A DNA stretch of 64,000 nucleotides from a virus (IMGVR_UViG_3300028588_000019:1-64000), one strand, 5' to 3'. Shown: positions 1 to 9,627, counted from the first letter of the stretch. The notes: generated by a model from the sequence alone, not told the origin. A program made the numbers and translations.

Positions 1-87
1 CTTGACCATCCGCTGCCGTATGCTGTTCTTTGATAAATTGGCGACCGTCAACCTGAACCTCGCCATACGTGAGGGTCGAGGTCAGAT

Positions 88-582
88 TCAATTGGAATCC
101 CCTTCAACACGCAAGACGAATGGGTCGCTCGACAGTGCAGCAGTTTCAGCGCCAACGGTGCGTTCGAACCAGATGAAGCGCGAGCCACCCGGTGGGATGT
201 CGCCCAGCGAAATACCGGTAGATTTGGTGGATGGAGCAGTGAAAGTGACGCCAGTTGGCTTCGTCGTTTCGTTGGCAACCGTTTGTTCTTGTGCGCCCTG
301 AACCGAAGTACCCAGGCCAATTTTTACGTCGGTGGTTGCACTTGGCGTATTGGAAGTGAGCCACGCTTTCGCGTCGTACAGCGTCAGGGTGGCATGGCTG
401 TTGACCACATACACGCCGCGATATTCGGTACGGCCCACCAAGGCCTCCGCGGAACTCACGTCATCATAGACGTTCAAGCCTGCGGTTGTGCCCGACTTTG
501 CCCCGCCCAACGATGCGTTTGGGTTGGAGTTTGCGGCGCCACCGGACAGGCGGTATTCGAGGTCTGACGAGGCGATAGGCAT
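88..582 (-). CDS. Virion structural protein (head-tail region)
   Basis: 164 aa ORF in the structural operon downstream of the capsid gene; MPIASSDLEYRLSGG N-terminus is typical of siphophage structural proteins. Confidence 0.6.
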   Translation of the reverse strand: MPIASSDLEYRLSGGAANSNPNASLGGAKSGTTAGLNVYDDVSSAEALVGRTEYRGVYVVNSHATLTLYDAKAWLTSNTPSATTDVKIGLGTSVQGAQEQTVANETTKPTGVTFTAPSTKSTGISLGDIPPGGSRFIWFERTVGAETAALSSDPFVLRVEGDSN

Positions 583-592
583 AATGGCTCAC

Positions 593-802
593 TTATTCCG
601 CATGGCGCGGCAGGGGTTTGACTAAACGGTTGTGTAGCATTTCTAACATCTCGGAATCGGACTTACCGTCGATGTCTTCTTTAAAAAAGGCTACAAGACC
701 ATTCACTTTAGAGCGAACGGTGTAGCAGTCAATTGGATGGCTGCTACACTCGTCAGCTGCCCAAGCACGCATTTCTGCAATTAAGGCTTGGGCTTTGCTC
801 AT
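593..802 (-). CDS. Small hypothetical protein
   Basis: 69 aa; ATG overlaps the upstream stop (TAATG at 802), indicating translational coupling. Confidence 0.5.
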   Translation of the reverse strand: MSKAQALIAEMRAWAADECSSHPIDCYTVRSKVNGLVAFFKEDIDGKSDSEMLEMLHNRLVKPLPRHAE

Positions 803-996
803 TACGCAGGCTTCCAGGACGGGGTCGTGGCGGTCGCTTCCTGCTTGACCACACTTACAGCGGGTTCGGGCTCCACGCCGTGCAGCTTGTGCACTGCCGG
901 ATCGAAGTCCGACTTATTGATGACGATGAAGCCGTCCGGGATGTGGGCGGTCGGTTCTACAGCGATTCGGACAGTCTCGCATTCATATTGGGACAT
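802..996 (-). CDS. Small capsid-associated protein
   Basis: 64 aa directly after the major capsid gene; FIVINKSDFDPAVHKL motif is common in such genes. Confidence 0.55.
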   Translation of the reverse strand: MSQYECETVRIAVEPTAHIPDGFIVINKSDFDPAVHKLHGVEPEPAVSVVKQEATATTPSWKPA

Positions 997-1020
997 TTTG
1001 GATTCTCCTAGTGTGGTTAG

Positions 1021-1050
1021 AAAAACACCCAGCCGAAGCCGGGTGTTTCC
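1021..1050 (-). terminator. Intrinsic terminator after major capsid gene
   Basis: Minus strand AAACACCCGGC-TTCG-GCTGGGTGTTTTT. Confidence 0.75.
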
Positions 1051-1072
1051 TCGCTCGCAATAACTTGAACGA

Positions 1073-2227
1073 TTAGCCCAGCAGCTGGGCGGCGTGAGCG
1101 GCTTTGATGCCGCCGCAGCCCCAGGCCGCCGAAACTTCGTACTGCATCTGGCGATAGCCAGCGTACAGCGCGACTTCGAAGGTGATACCCGAACGCGGGT
1201 CGGTGACCAGCATGCGATCGACGGCCGAGTCGCCGTTGGTTGGCAGCGCAGGGGCGCGGGTTGCCAGCAGCATCGAGGCTTTGTGGAAAGCGATGGCTGC
1301 GGTTGCCGAGGCGCCGACGGTGACAGTGGTTGCTGCGGCCGGGATGGCTTGGCGCAGACCAGGCTTGGCCAGGGTCAGGACGTTATTGCCATCTTGACCG
1401 AGGTCTTTTGCAACGACGTACTTGTTGGTGTCGCCCGCGAAGGTGACGGTATCGCCTGCCAGGATCGTGCCGGTGCCGGTCGAAACGGTGATCAGACGCG
1501 CGCCGGCCAGATAGCCTGCGGTGTTGGTGACGTAGCCTGCGCCGGTGCCTTTAGCGATTTGACGCGGTGCAGCCGACTCGTGGAACGACAGGCCGTTCAG
1601 GTCCAGCAGTTCGCCTTGACGCAGGGTCAGACTGGTGCCAGCTTCGTTGACTTTGATCAGGTTCGGCACTTTGCGCAAGTTGACGCCCATGCTCGAGTTG
1701 ATGACCAGTGCACGTTCGCCGCCAGGGGCGCCGTTGTCGTCCAGGATTTGGCGGATCAGCGCGGTGTCGCCCGACGAATCGGTCAGCGGGGTCGTGCCTG
1801 GGGTGCCGTATGCGCGCGAAGTTGCCTTGCGTGCAGCCAGCCACATGTCGAGCTCGATCTCGTTCACCAGCGTGCGGATTGCCTGGGTCAGCTGGTCGCC
1901 CTGGATTGCGGCAGGTGCCGTACCCGAGGCGCGCAGGCCCTGTTCTTGTTCGCCGGTCCAGCGGAACGGGACGCGACGGGTTTTGGTAATGCGGAATTCG
2001 TTCGAGTCGATCACTTGCTCACCGTCGTCCGGCGGCAGCATGCCAGGCACGACGTCGGTAGCTTGCGAAGGATTGGTTTCGAACGAATACAGCACTTGGC
2101 CGACAGCCGCGCGTTCAGCGTTGGCGTCGAGGGTGACGCAAGGGATCACACCCACCATTTCGCGGGACACGATGTCCAGCGAACGGTAGAGGGGGCCGAC
2201 GAGATTGTTCAGGGTATTCAGGGCCAT
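1073..2227 (-). CDS. Major capsid protein (P22 coat-like, HK97 fold)
   Basis: 384 aa; follows scaffold; C-terminal DPRSGITFEVALYAGYRQMQYEVSAAWG pattern. Confidence 0.88.
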   Translation of the reverse strand: MALNTLNNLVGPLYRSLDIVSREMVGVIPCVTLDANAERAAVGQVLYSFETNPSQATDVVPGMLPPDDGEQVIDSNEFRITKTRRVPFRWTGEQEQGLRASGTAPAAIQGDQLTQAIRTLVNEIELDMWLAARKATSRAYGTPGTTPLTDSSGDTALIRQILDDNGAPGGERALVINSSMGVNLRKVPNLIKVNEAGTSLTLRQGELLDLNGLSFHESAAPRQIAKGTGAGYVTNTAGYLAGARLITVSTGTGTILAGDTVTFAGDTNKYVVAKDLGQDGNNVLTLAKPGLRQAIPAAATTVTVGASATAAIAFHKASMLLATRAPALPTNGDSAVDRMLVTDPRSGITFEVALYAGYRQMQYEVSAAWGCGGIKAAHAAQLLG

Positions 2228-2242
2228 GATGGTTCCTATTGA

Positions 2243-3064
2243 TTAAACGATTTGGACGCCCGAGGTCGCAACACGAGCCTTCTCCGTTGCGGAGAGAGCG
2301 TCGAAGTTCGCGCGGGTAATGGTATTGCCTTTGCCGCCGCCGCTTTCGCGTGCACCGGACGAGCCGCTGCCGCTGGTGCCTGCTGGGAACCAGTGTGGCT
2401 TCAGTTCGCGTTGCTTGTCGATCCATTCAGCAGGGCTGAAATGGGTCGTGCCGTCTTTGCCCAGCTCCGGACGGCCCTCGGCGTCCAGTTTTACTGCTTT
2501 GCCGCTTTCGTCCAGTTGGAACACATTGCGGCCATGCAACAGCGCGTCCTCGACGGCGCTTGGATGCAGACCAGCGCAAGCTGCGCGGATCTGGTTTTCC
2601 AGGACGGCGCCCTTGTAGACGTCGGCCCGTTTTGCTTCAGCTTGGATGCGCGCTTCCGCGGCTTCCAGGTCAGCTTTGTGCTGGTCACGCATACGCTGGG
2701 TATGCTTGTTGATGACAGCTTCGTGCTTGCCTTCCGCGATCAGTTGCAGGTCTTCGTTGGCGTCGAGTTTGTCCTTCAGCGCTTTCAGCTGGACGGGGTC
2801 CAGACCTTCGAACGACTTCAGCACATCCTTGTTTGCCGCCAGCTTGCCCAGCAGTTCATCGTTTTTGGCTTTGAGGCCAGCAGTCTCCCGGGCAATGCGC
2901 TCGGTCACTGCTGCTTCGATACGTGCATTGATTGCCGCTTCCGCGTCGGCGCCACCCGAACCGCCGCCAGCTGGAGGTGCACCGTCGTCGTTGACCGACA
3001 AAACGTAAGCACGAGCCAGGCTCGAAGCAGTGTAAAAGAATGGGCGGTGTGGATGTTTCGTCAT
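2243..3064 (-). CDS. Capsid scaffolding protein
   Basis: 273 aa, helical/coiled coil, lies between portal and capsid; ends with ITRANFDALS..EK motif. Confidence 0.8.
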   Translation of the reverse strand: MTKHPHRPFFYTASSLARAYVLSVNDDGAPPAGGGSGGADAEAAINARIEAAVTERIARETAGLKAKNDELLGKLAANKDVLKSFEGLDPVQLKALKDKLDANEDLQLIAEGKHEAVINKHTQRMRDQHKADLEAAEARIQAEAKRADVYKGAVLENQIRAACAGLHPSAVEDALLHGRNVFQLDESGKAVKLDAEGRPELGKDGTTHFSPAEWIDKQRELKPHWFPAGTSGSGSSGARESGGGKGNTITRANFDALSATEKARVATSGVQIV

Positions 3065-3139
3065 TTTATTCCCCTTGGGAGTTGATTTGTGCTGCCTAGC
3101 AGCGGAAGCGAAAACGAGTCTTTGACTCGATCAGTGCTA

Positions 3140-3168
3140 ATTATATGCGTTCTAAAAATAGAATGCAA
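3140..3168 (-). promoter_or_regulatory. Sigma70-like promoter for scaffold/capsid
   Basis: TTGCAT-17 nt-TATAAT on the minus strand. Confidence 0.75.
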
Positions 3169-3179
3169 CGACTATTTGT

Positions 3180-3211
3180 AAAAAAGGGGCCTTATTTCTA
3201 AGACCCCTTGT
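3180..3211 (-). terminator. Intrinsic terminator after portal
   Basis: AAGGGGTCTTA-GAAA-TAAGGCCCCTT followed by a T run on the minus strand. Confidence 0.75.
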
Positions 3212-3215
3212 TCCG

Positions 3216-4790
3216 TTACTTCCCGGCGTTCTGGAGTTGCGTCTGAGTTGGGTTGTTACTGGTGGCGCCTTTCTTGGTAACCACACCCTTCGACGCACCT
3301 TGGTTCGGTCCGTTACCTGCGCGGTCACCTGGAGTGGTCGGGACGTCTTGCGCTGGCGGCGGGTTTTCCTTGATGCGCTTCTGCTCTTCTTCAGCGTCAC
3401 CGTCCATTGGAATGATTTCACCGCGCTTCAGGTTTTCGAACATCGTTTCGTAGCTGATGGCACCGTTCTGCCATGCGGCAATTACAGCGGTCATCGTAAG
3501 CGAGTCCATCGGGATTGGGAAGAAGTCGCGGTTCAGCTCAACCAGTACGTCCTTGCTGTCCTCTTCAGCGTATTCGCAGAACTCCACCATTGCAGCTGTC
3601 ACACCGATGGACACCGACTGTGCAACACTGGCAAGCATGGACTGTTCCCCGCCCCGGTGTATGGCGGCAGTGTTAGCGCTCTCCACACCACTCGGTTGCG
3701 CCTCCAGCATACGCGCACCCATCACAGCCATTTTGTTCTCTTTACCCTCGAGGTTTTCCTTGAGGACGTTCAAACCTTGACCGGTGAACTCCAGGTAGTG
3801 CGCCGTAGCTTCGTGCCGCCGGAAGGTCCAGGCGGTCGTGCTGCCGATGTTGAAAGCCCCGTCGGCTAGATCTTCGTCCGTGACCCCGCTGATGACAGGT
3901 GTGGGTAAGCCCGTGAAGTGGCAACCGTGCTCGTAGTCAGCCGTTACGCGATAGTGCGCGAGGTTGGTGTCGACCAAGTCGATCAGCGGCGGTTCCGAGA
4001 TATCCCAGCTTGTGTTGTCGACACCGATGAAGTGGAATGGGAGCTTCTCGATGTGCTTGCCCCGGATCTTTGGGTACGATGTTGAAATAACCTTGTCAAC
4101 ATCCTTACCCTTGTCGTCCTGCTCAACGACCATGACGCGCACACGATACATGAGTTTGCCTGGGTGTAGCAGGTTGCCCACACTATCGACCTCGTTATTT
4201 GGCACCAGATCCAGCACGCGGAACTGCACCTGATCTTCGTCGGTGAACTCATCTTTTGGAACGGAGACGATTTCTTCCAGAACAACCATAGACAGGATTG
4301 TCGCGCTTTTGTAGACGGACGTTTTCCAGTTGCGGATCGACAGCGCGCCATACATCTTAAGCATGGGGCGCCAGTTCTTGTCCGCACCATCCGCCTGCGT
4401 TGCGTCAGCAGGTACGTCCGGATAGTCCACGAACAGACCCACACGCCCCAGCTTGAGCGCTTCTTCGACAAGCTTCAGGCACAGCATGTGCAGCGAGGTG
4501 CCGCTCATGTCGATGTCTTTCTTCATGTCCTCCACCGTACCCGGCAGCACCACAGTTGGCGGTTTGCGGAAGATCATGCCTTGCAAGCCGACGATTGTGC
4601 GCCAGGTTGCATTGTAGAACAGCGCGCGCTTTTTGTACTTCTCGTAGTCGGCGCTCTCTTGATTGCTCAATTTGGGCAGGAAGAGCTCACCGGCAGCGTG
4701 CACAGCGTCTTGACCCTTGGCCACCGCAATGCAGCGCTCCCAAAGGTTCACCATGTTTCTGTGTTGCGGATGCTGATTATTAACAGGCAT
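3216..4790 (-). CDS. Portal protein (DUF4055-like)
   Basis: About 524 aa directly after TerL; YKKRALFYNATWRT and HYRVTADYEHGCHFTGLP motifs; start chosen just after the TerL stop. Confidence 0.88.
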   Translation of the reverse strand: MPVNNQHPQHRNMVNLWERCIAVAKGQDAVHAAGELFLPKLSNQESADYEKYKKRALFYNATWRTIVGLQGMIFRKPPTVVLPGTVEDMKKDIDMSGTSLHMLCLKLVEEALKLGRVGLFVDYPDVPADATQADGADKNWRPMLKMYGALSIRNWKTSVYKSATILSMVVLEEIVSVPKDEFTDEDQVQFRVLDLVPNNEVDSVGNLLHPGKLMYRVRVMVVEQDDKGKDVDKVISTSYPKIRGKHIEKLPFHFIGVDNTSWDISEPPLIDLVDTNLAHYRVTADYEHGCHFTGLPTPVISGVTDEDLADGAFNIGSTTAWTFRRHEATAHYLEFTGQGLNVLKENLEGKENKMAVMGARMLEAQPSGVESANTAAIHRGGEQSMLASVAQSVSIGVTAAMVEFCEYAEEDSKDVLVELNRDFFPIPMDSLTMTAVIAAWQNGAISYETMFENLKRGEIIPMDGDAEEEQKRIKENPPPAQDVPTTPGDRAGNGPNQGASKGVVTKKGATSNNPTQTQLQNAGK

Positions 4791-4791
4791 T

Positions 4792-6222
4792 TTAGACTCC
4801 ACCAATCTTGATTCTTTTAACTACGGTATCGAGAGCAAGGACGCGGTAACGAGTATCATCAGCAGAGTGGTCTTCTGCGTCGGTATCTACGTCGTCCATG
4901 TCTTTTTGGTCTCGGGGAATAGGCGGCACTGTTCGAATCCAGTCTCGGCAGGTGTCGAATATGTACATGCCAGGCTTGTCATTACGTTCTTTGTCGGTAA
5001 CTGCGCTCAAGCGATCTCGCATCAGCTCCCAACCGTTCTTCCGACTACCAGCTTTCTTGTCGGCGCGAGTCCAATAAACACCCTCGGACTCCATGTTCTG
5101 CCCGATGGAAGCATCGTCAGTAACGTTGTAGATTGCTGAGTCAGCTGGACCACCAACTACGCGGCCAACAATGCCCATTTGAGCTTCGCGATTTTTGATG
5201 CCGATAGCCACATTACGCGCGGTCATGTACAGACCTTCGTTTGGCTTGCCCGATGAACCGTACCATTCGCCTATACGGAACAGGGTTTTCGGAGGGAATG
5301 AGCGTTTCGTACCGTCCGCCATTTCAGCGTCGGTCCCGTCGCTCTGCGCCCACCAGCCCACACTGAACGGCTTGCTTGAGCCCCAGTCGAACGAGCGATC
5401 AATCTTCCAAGTTTTCGGAATCTTGAATGGTTTGAGGACATGCTGCTGCGCATCCCAAATATCGTCGAACATGCCACCAGACGTAATATCCCAGCTACCT
5501 TCAAGCCAGGCCTTGCGCTTGTTGACGTCCGTAATGGACTCAAGGGTCTGGATGTAGTCTTCGCCGAGGTACGGGTTTTCGCGCACCGAGCCGAAAATGG
5601 CAACGCGCTGATTACCCTTATTGTCGGTGATAATTTTGCCATATGGTGCTGGGTCAATGAAGTATCCCTTCACCCATGTATGCCCGACACCATAAGGGTT
5701 CGTTGACGAGCGGATGATGCGCGGGATTGTGGGCAAACGCGCGGTCCCCTGGAAGGACGAACGGTTCGTCGACTTCATGGACTCGTAGCAGCTAATGGAC
5801 GACCAACTGGTCAACTCCTCCCAGCCAACGAACGGGTATTCGTGGCCGTGGTAGGACCAATAGTCTTCCTCGCTTTCGAACGCACGTAGCAGTAATTCCT
5901 CACCAGTAGGCCACACCCACTTAAGGCTCGAACTTCCCGCAAGAAAGCGGGGCTTCTGCGCTGAACGATTGAACCACCGCTTCGACTTAGCGATAATATC
6001 ATCCAGATGCTTGTAGTTTCGTCGAAATATAACGCCGCGCCAAAAGTCTTCATATCCTCGTCCACAATGCTGTGCGAACGCCATTAGCATAGCATCTGTC
6101 TTACCCGGACCCCGCGTCCCTGCAAAGCAGACCTCACGGACAGGGCTCTGCAAAAACAGGCTCTGACTGCCAGGGAGGGCTGTCCAGATGGGACGTTGAC
6201 GGGGTAGGATAATTTGCGACAT
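4792..6222 (-). CDS. terL: Terminase large subunit
   Basis: Walker A GTRGPGKT, Walker B GWEELT, RSSTNPYG, nuclease DWGSSKP and C-terminal EDHSADD. Confidence 0.95.
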   Translation of the reverse strand: MSQIILPRQRPIWTALPGSQSLFLQSPVREVCFAGTRGPGKTDAMLMAFAQHCGRGYEDFWRGVIFRRNYKHLDDIIAKSKRWFNRSAQKPRFLAGSSSLKWVWPTGEELLLRAFESEEDYWSYHGHEYPFVGWEELTSWSSISCYESMKSTNRSSFQGTARLPTIPRIIRSSTNPYGVGHTWVKGYFIDPAPYGKIITDNKGNQRVAIFGSVRENPYLGEDYIQTLESITDVNKRKAWLEGSWDITSGGMFDDIWDAQQHVLKPFKIPKTWKIDRSFDWGSSKPFSVGWWAQSDGTDAEMADGTKRSFPPKTLFRIGEWYGSSGKPNEGLYMTARNVAIGIKNREAQMGIVGRVVGGPADSAIYNVTDDASIGQNMESEGVYWTRADKKAGSRKNGWELMRDRLSAVTDKERNDKPGMYIFDTCRDWIRTVPPIPRDQKDMDDVDTDAEDHSADDTRYRVLALDTVVKRIKIGGV

Positions 6223-6810
6223 TTAATCCACTTGCGGCGGTGCGATTTGTTTTGCTTGAGCGATGCGCCCTGCTACTAGGTCTGCTTGTTGACGTTCAGC
6301 TTCGATGGCCCACTGCTCAGGGGTCATCAGTCCCGGAATCACAAATGCACCGCCAACCAGCGGTTGACCGTCTGCGCCGGTGAGTTCGTTTGCAATCTTT
6401 TTAACAGGCTCCATGTTGTTCAGGTGTGCCAGTTTTGCAAGTGCAGCAACGCGCGCAGCTTGGGACGAACCCGGACCGCGATAATTCGCCTCGCGAATTA
6501 AACCAGCCATGATGCGCTTCTTGAGAATTGCCTCCTCGTCTTCCGTGCCCGGGGCGGCTTCCTTCTTTGCGATTTCACGCAGCACATACGGCTCTTCCAT
6601 GAAGCGCACAGCGTATTCGCGTGCAATCGACTTTGGGTAGCCGACACGGATTGCAGCTTGAACTGCGTCGTAATCGGTCAGATATTCTTTGACGAAGAAG
6701 TCCCGCAAGGATTTTTCGCGGTGCGTATAGCTGCGCTCCTGAGCCTCTTCCATGTCGGGTGGAGGTTGGATGGGCAATGCGTCAAGCGACTCTTTGTCAA
6801 TGGGTTCCAT
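6223..6810 (-). CDS. terS: Terminase small subunit
   Basis: FVKEYLTDYDAVQAAIRVGY Terminase_2-like HTH motif, adjacent to terL; ATG at 6810 has an AGGA RBS. Confidence 0.85.
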   Translation of the reverse strand: MEPIDKESLDALPIQPPPDMEEAQERSYTHREKSLRDFFVKEYLTDYDAVQAAIRVGYPKSIAREYAVRFMEEPYVLREIAKKEAAPGTEDEEAILKKRIMAGLIREANYRGPGSSQAARVAALAKLAHLNNMEPVKKIANELTGADGQPLVGGAFVIPGLMTPEQWAIEAERQQADLVAGRIAQAKQIAPPQVD

Positions 6811-6845
6811 GGTAATCCTGGGCACGATTTACGATCAATGCACAG

Positions 6846-6874
6846 AGTATAGCTAGAATCCGGGAGCCAAGCAA
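6846..6874 (-). promoter_or_regulatory. Sigma70-like promoter for terS
   Basis: TTGCTT-17 nt-TATACT on the minus strand. Confidence 0.7.
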
Positions 6875-6986
6875 GCGCTAAATGCAAAACGGGGGCGGCA
6901 AGGGGGTAAATCCGCACGGCAAACGCGTGCAATCGGTAGGGTAGGGAGTTGGGAGGGTGCGCAGGACGCGCACCCTGTAGCGCGTT

Positions 6987-7535
6987 TTAAACGATTCGCG
7001 CCAAGCGTGCAGCAGCTTTGACAATCTGCTCGCGGATTTGCTCTTCGGTGTGGTAGTGGTCGATACCCAGCATGTCACGCTGACGGAAACCCTTAGGCAT
7101 CATTACTGTCACAGGAATTCCGAGCAAGTAGGCGGCAGTTGCGCCGGCAAGGTCGATTCCAGTTTGACCGCCACAGCGCACGCGCTCAATCTTATGCTCA
7201 TTGACCACAACACGCAGGATGCCGTACATGACTCGGTCGACGTCGCTTTGGTTGAGCTTGTACAGGTTCAGCGTGTACAAGCCGTTACCAGCGATGTTGA
7301 TTACCTTGACGGAACCCGGAGGCCGTGTCTTGATGTGGTCACTAACCGCACGCCCTGGATACAGCATTTCCTTAGTGACAGCAAAATACTTCTCGCCGGC
7401 AGCCTGTTTGGTCATCTTTTCGCCGCCGGTTGTGAAGTCCATTGCGATTGCGACAGTCAGGTCCGCTTCACGGGCGTTGCGGTAGGTTCGTCCCGTATAG
7501 CTGGACGATGGATGTTCGAGGATTTGGAGGCTCAT
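6987..7535 (-). CDS. SLOG-family (YpsA/MoCo-carrier-like) nucleotide-binding protein
   Basis: RT..NAREAD, INIAGN, CGGQTGIDLAG and PKGF motifs. Confidence 0.7.
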   Translation of the reverse strand: MSLQILEHPSSSYTGRTYRNAREADLTVAIAMDFTTGGEKMTKQAAGEKYFAVTKEMLYPGRAVSDHIKTRPPGSVKVINIAGNGLYTLNLYKLNQSDVDRVMYGILRVVVNEHKIERVRCGGQTGIDLAGATAAYLLGIPVTVMMPKGFRQRDMLGIDHYHTEEQIREQIVKAAARLARIV

Positions 7536-7951
7536 TTAGCCACCGTTTGCGTACGATCCATATACCACTCGATGGTTCGACGAGCTTCCTCCCATGTGTA
7601 GCAGACAGCGTAGAGGTAACCTTGTTCGGAAACATGCTGCCCGAATTCGATTTGCTTGTCGGACTCTTTACCGGCGCGCTGTTTCTTTTCCTTGTCGGTA
7701 GGCTTTTTCATTTCAATGAACAGGCCGAAGTTCATACCCCTGGCGCACGGCAGGAAGATGTCAGACACACCCGAGCGCACGCCTTCAGCTTTCAGCCTGG
7801 ACGCAACAGCGATGTTACGCTCGCCGCCGTTCGGGATTGCGAACATCCATTTCAGCTCAGGATGCTTCTCCCGGTTTTGTGCAGCCCAGCAGAAGAGAGC
7901 AACTTGGTGGGCGTGTTCGGTATTTGGTTTTGCGAGGTCTTCTGGTTTCAT
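7532..7951 (-). CDS. VRR-NUC domain nuclease
   Basis: FAIPNGG..R, EGVRSGVSDIFL, FIEMKK, Q..F pattern (PD-(D/E)xK). Confidence 0.85.
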   Translation of the reverse strand: MKPEDLAKPNTEHAHQVALFCWAAQNREKHPELKWMFAIPNGGERNIAVASRLKAEGVRSGVSDIFLPCARGMNFGLFIEMKKPTDKEKKQRAGKESDKQIEFGQHVSEQGYLYAVCYTWEEARRTIEWYMDRTQTVAK

Positions 7952-8232
7952 TTGACTAATGCTTCCGTAATTGGTTGACGCATAATATGCTGGTAATAGT
8001 GCTCCAGGCCGTGTTTTTTCATCCCCTCAACCAGCGCTTCAAACTTCAACGACTGGATGTAGTCTTTGTTTTTACGGTCGAGGGCCTGCTCGCAGACTTC
8101 TTGAAAGCTCACGCCGTATTGAACCCCTTCGTGGACCACGACTTGATACTGCGTCTTCGTATCTTCGAAGTCCCAACGGGCGTATTCCGCAAGACATTTT
8201 TCGATTACTTCGCGTGGCAGCTCGCGCATCAT
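7948..8232 (-). CDS. Hypothetical protein
   Basis: 94 aa with 4-nt overlaps on both sides. Confidence 0.6.
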   Translation of the reverse strand: MMRELPREVIEKCLAEYARWDFEDTKTQYQVVVHEGVQYGVSFQEVCEQALDRKNKDYIQSLKFEALVEGMKKHGLEHYYQHIMRQPITEALVK

Positions 8233-8498
8233 TGTATCGGGTTCCCTTTGTAGGTGAAGGCGTTGTGCTTATCGCTCCAGCCCCAGCCTTCGTTATAGAT
8301 GACCTCGATCGTTCCAACAAGTAACTCTTTGCACGGTGTATTCTTGATACAAAGAACTTCGTTCTTCTTACCCGTCTTAAAACGCTCCAGTTCCCCCGAA
8401 TCCGTATCAATTGCTGTTACGCGGGTAACAACGACACCGTCCAGGAGGATCTTATCTACGGCCGAATGGCAGTAGGGTGTGTCCTTATCGATTTTCAT
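8229..8498 (-). CDS. Hypothetical protein
   Basis: Starts MKIDKDTP; ATGA overlap with the upstream stop. Confidence 0.6.
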   Translation of the reverse strand: MKIDKDTPYCHSAVDKILLDGVVVTRVTAIDTDSGELERFKTGKKNEVLCIKNTPCKELLVGTIEVIYNEGWGWSDKHNAFTYKGNPIQ

Positions 8499-8983
8499 GG
8501 GAATGGGAACGCAGCAGCGTCGTTGACGTCTTTCTTCATTTCCCATTGCGGGTCCATGGTGTCGACGCCGTTGCCGCAGAAGACGTCGAAGTTGCTTGCG
8601 AGGACAACGGCCTCTTTCGAGCTTTGACCACACGCCATTGCCGCCATTGCGAAATCGCGACCGCTACCCATTGCCATATACGGTTCCACGATGAAGTCTG
8701 GCATCGTTTGAGGACCGTCGCAGTACAAATAAAGCTCACGATCGGTAGTTGCGAACAAAGCGTCCGCATGCTGGTCCAGGTCCGTCGAGCCTGGAGGGAA
8801 GTTCGCCAAATCCGCCCCCTTCATGAACCAATCCAGCAAGACCAAAGCGCGCATACGACTACCACTGAATGCCACCACGCCGCCCGGTACTTTGTGGATT
8901 TTAGTCACGGTGCGGGGCATACCATTTGCCACCGCACGTTTATCAGCCGAAAGGGTTTTACCATCCCATGCAATAACTGTCAT
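8495..8983 (-). CDS. HslV/proteasome-like Ntn-hydrolase
   Basis: N-terminal M-T-VIAWDG..SAD, TKIHK, MAMGSG..FAMAAM pattern matches the HslV/proteasome beta fold. Confidence 0.65.
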   Translation of the reverse strand: MTVIAWDGKTLSADKRAVANGMPRTVTKIHKVPGGVVAFSGSRMRALVLLDWFMKGADLANFPPGSTDLDQHADALFATTDRELYLYCDGPQTMPDFIVEPYMAMGSGRDFAMAAMACGQSSKEAVVLASNFDVFCGNGVDTMDPQWEMKKDVNDAAAFPFP

Positions 8984-9402
8984 AATTTTACCTCATTGTA
9001 GTTGAAGAGTGCTGCAAACGGACCCTGCGGCCAACGATTGCACACTTCGTTGATGAATTTGTTGGTACGACGCAGGGAACCGGCACCGGGCTCCCTGCCA
9101 AAAGTTTCGGCGGTGCCAACTTCTGTGTACACCGTTGGTGGAACAAAGTTTGGATCGGTTGGACCGGGTACGTCTGGACCTTCACCATAAGACCAGACTG
9201 CAATGTAGGGCCCGTGACCGTTCTGAGGGCGCACCCAGCCGCTAACGTACAACTTGGACTGCCCGCGAAGTTCCTTCAACCGCGACCGAACGGCTGAACG
9301 ACCCACGCCAAGTTTTGCAGCCAATTCGTTCAGCGTCCCGGGCATGTGGGCAATTACTTGGTCGTGGGTGAGGCGGTTGATGCCTTTGCGAGCGTTAAGC
9401 AT
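8980..9402 (-). CDS. HTH DNA-binding protein
   Basis: TLNELAAKLGVGRSAVRSRL helix-turn-helix followed by a wing. Confidence 0.65.
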   Translation of the reverse strand: MLNARKGINRLTHDQVIAHMPGTLNELAAKLGVGRSAVRSRLKELRGQSKLYVSGWVRPQNGHGPYIAVWSYGEGPDVPGPTDPNFVPPTVYTEVGTAETFGREPGAGSLRRTNKFINEVCNRWPQGPFAALFNYNEVKL

Positions 9403-9626
9403 TAGAAGCTCCAGTCCTTGGTACAGATGTCCAGCGCTTCTGCTGGCGTGAACCCTTGCGCAATAGCTGCATCGTAACGGGCTTTGCAGATGCGCGCCTT
9501 ATACCCAATTACTTCAACTTGCATGTCGAAGCCGTCGTTTAAGCTTTTGAGCGCATGCGCCTGCGTTGCACCAACCTTATTGACGCTGGTCAGCGCGTTG
9601 TTTGGAGTTTTCGGTTCGTTGTTCAT
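9402..9626 (-). CDS. Hypothetical protein
   Basis: 74 aa, coupled; ends GFTPAEALDIC. Confidence 0.6.
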   Translation of the reverse strand: MNNEPKTPNNALTSVNKVGATQAHALKSLNDGFDMQVEVIGYKARICKARYDAAIAQGFTPAEALDICTKDWSF

Positions 9627-9627
9627 T

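Noticed and set aside
1-66. Partial minus-strand ORF starting at 66
   Set aside because: Only 22 codons are visible; cannot be supported
1094-2242. Long antisense ORFs (also 2252-3085, 18407-19177, 31937-32788, 35934-36941, 42778-43647, 44611-45552)
   Set aside because: Shadow frames of GC3-biased real genes; no RBS or recognisable motifs
4930-4945. GTTCGAATCC T-loop-like word suggesting a tRNA
   Set aside because: It lies inside terL with no acceptor, D or anticodon arms
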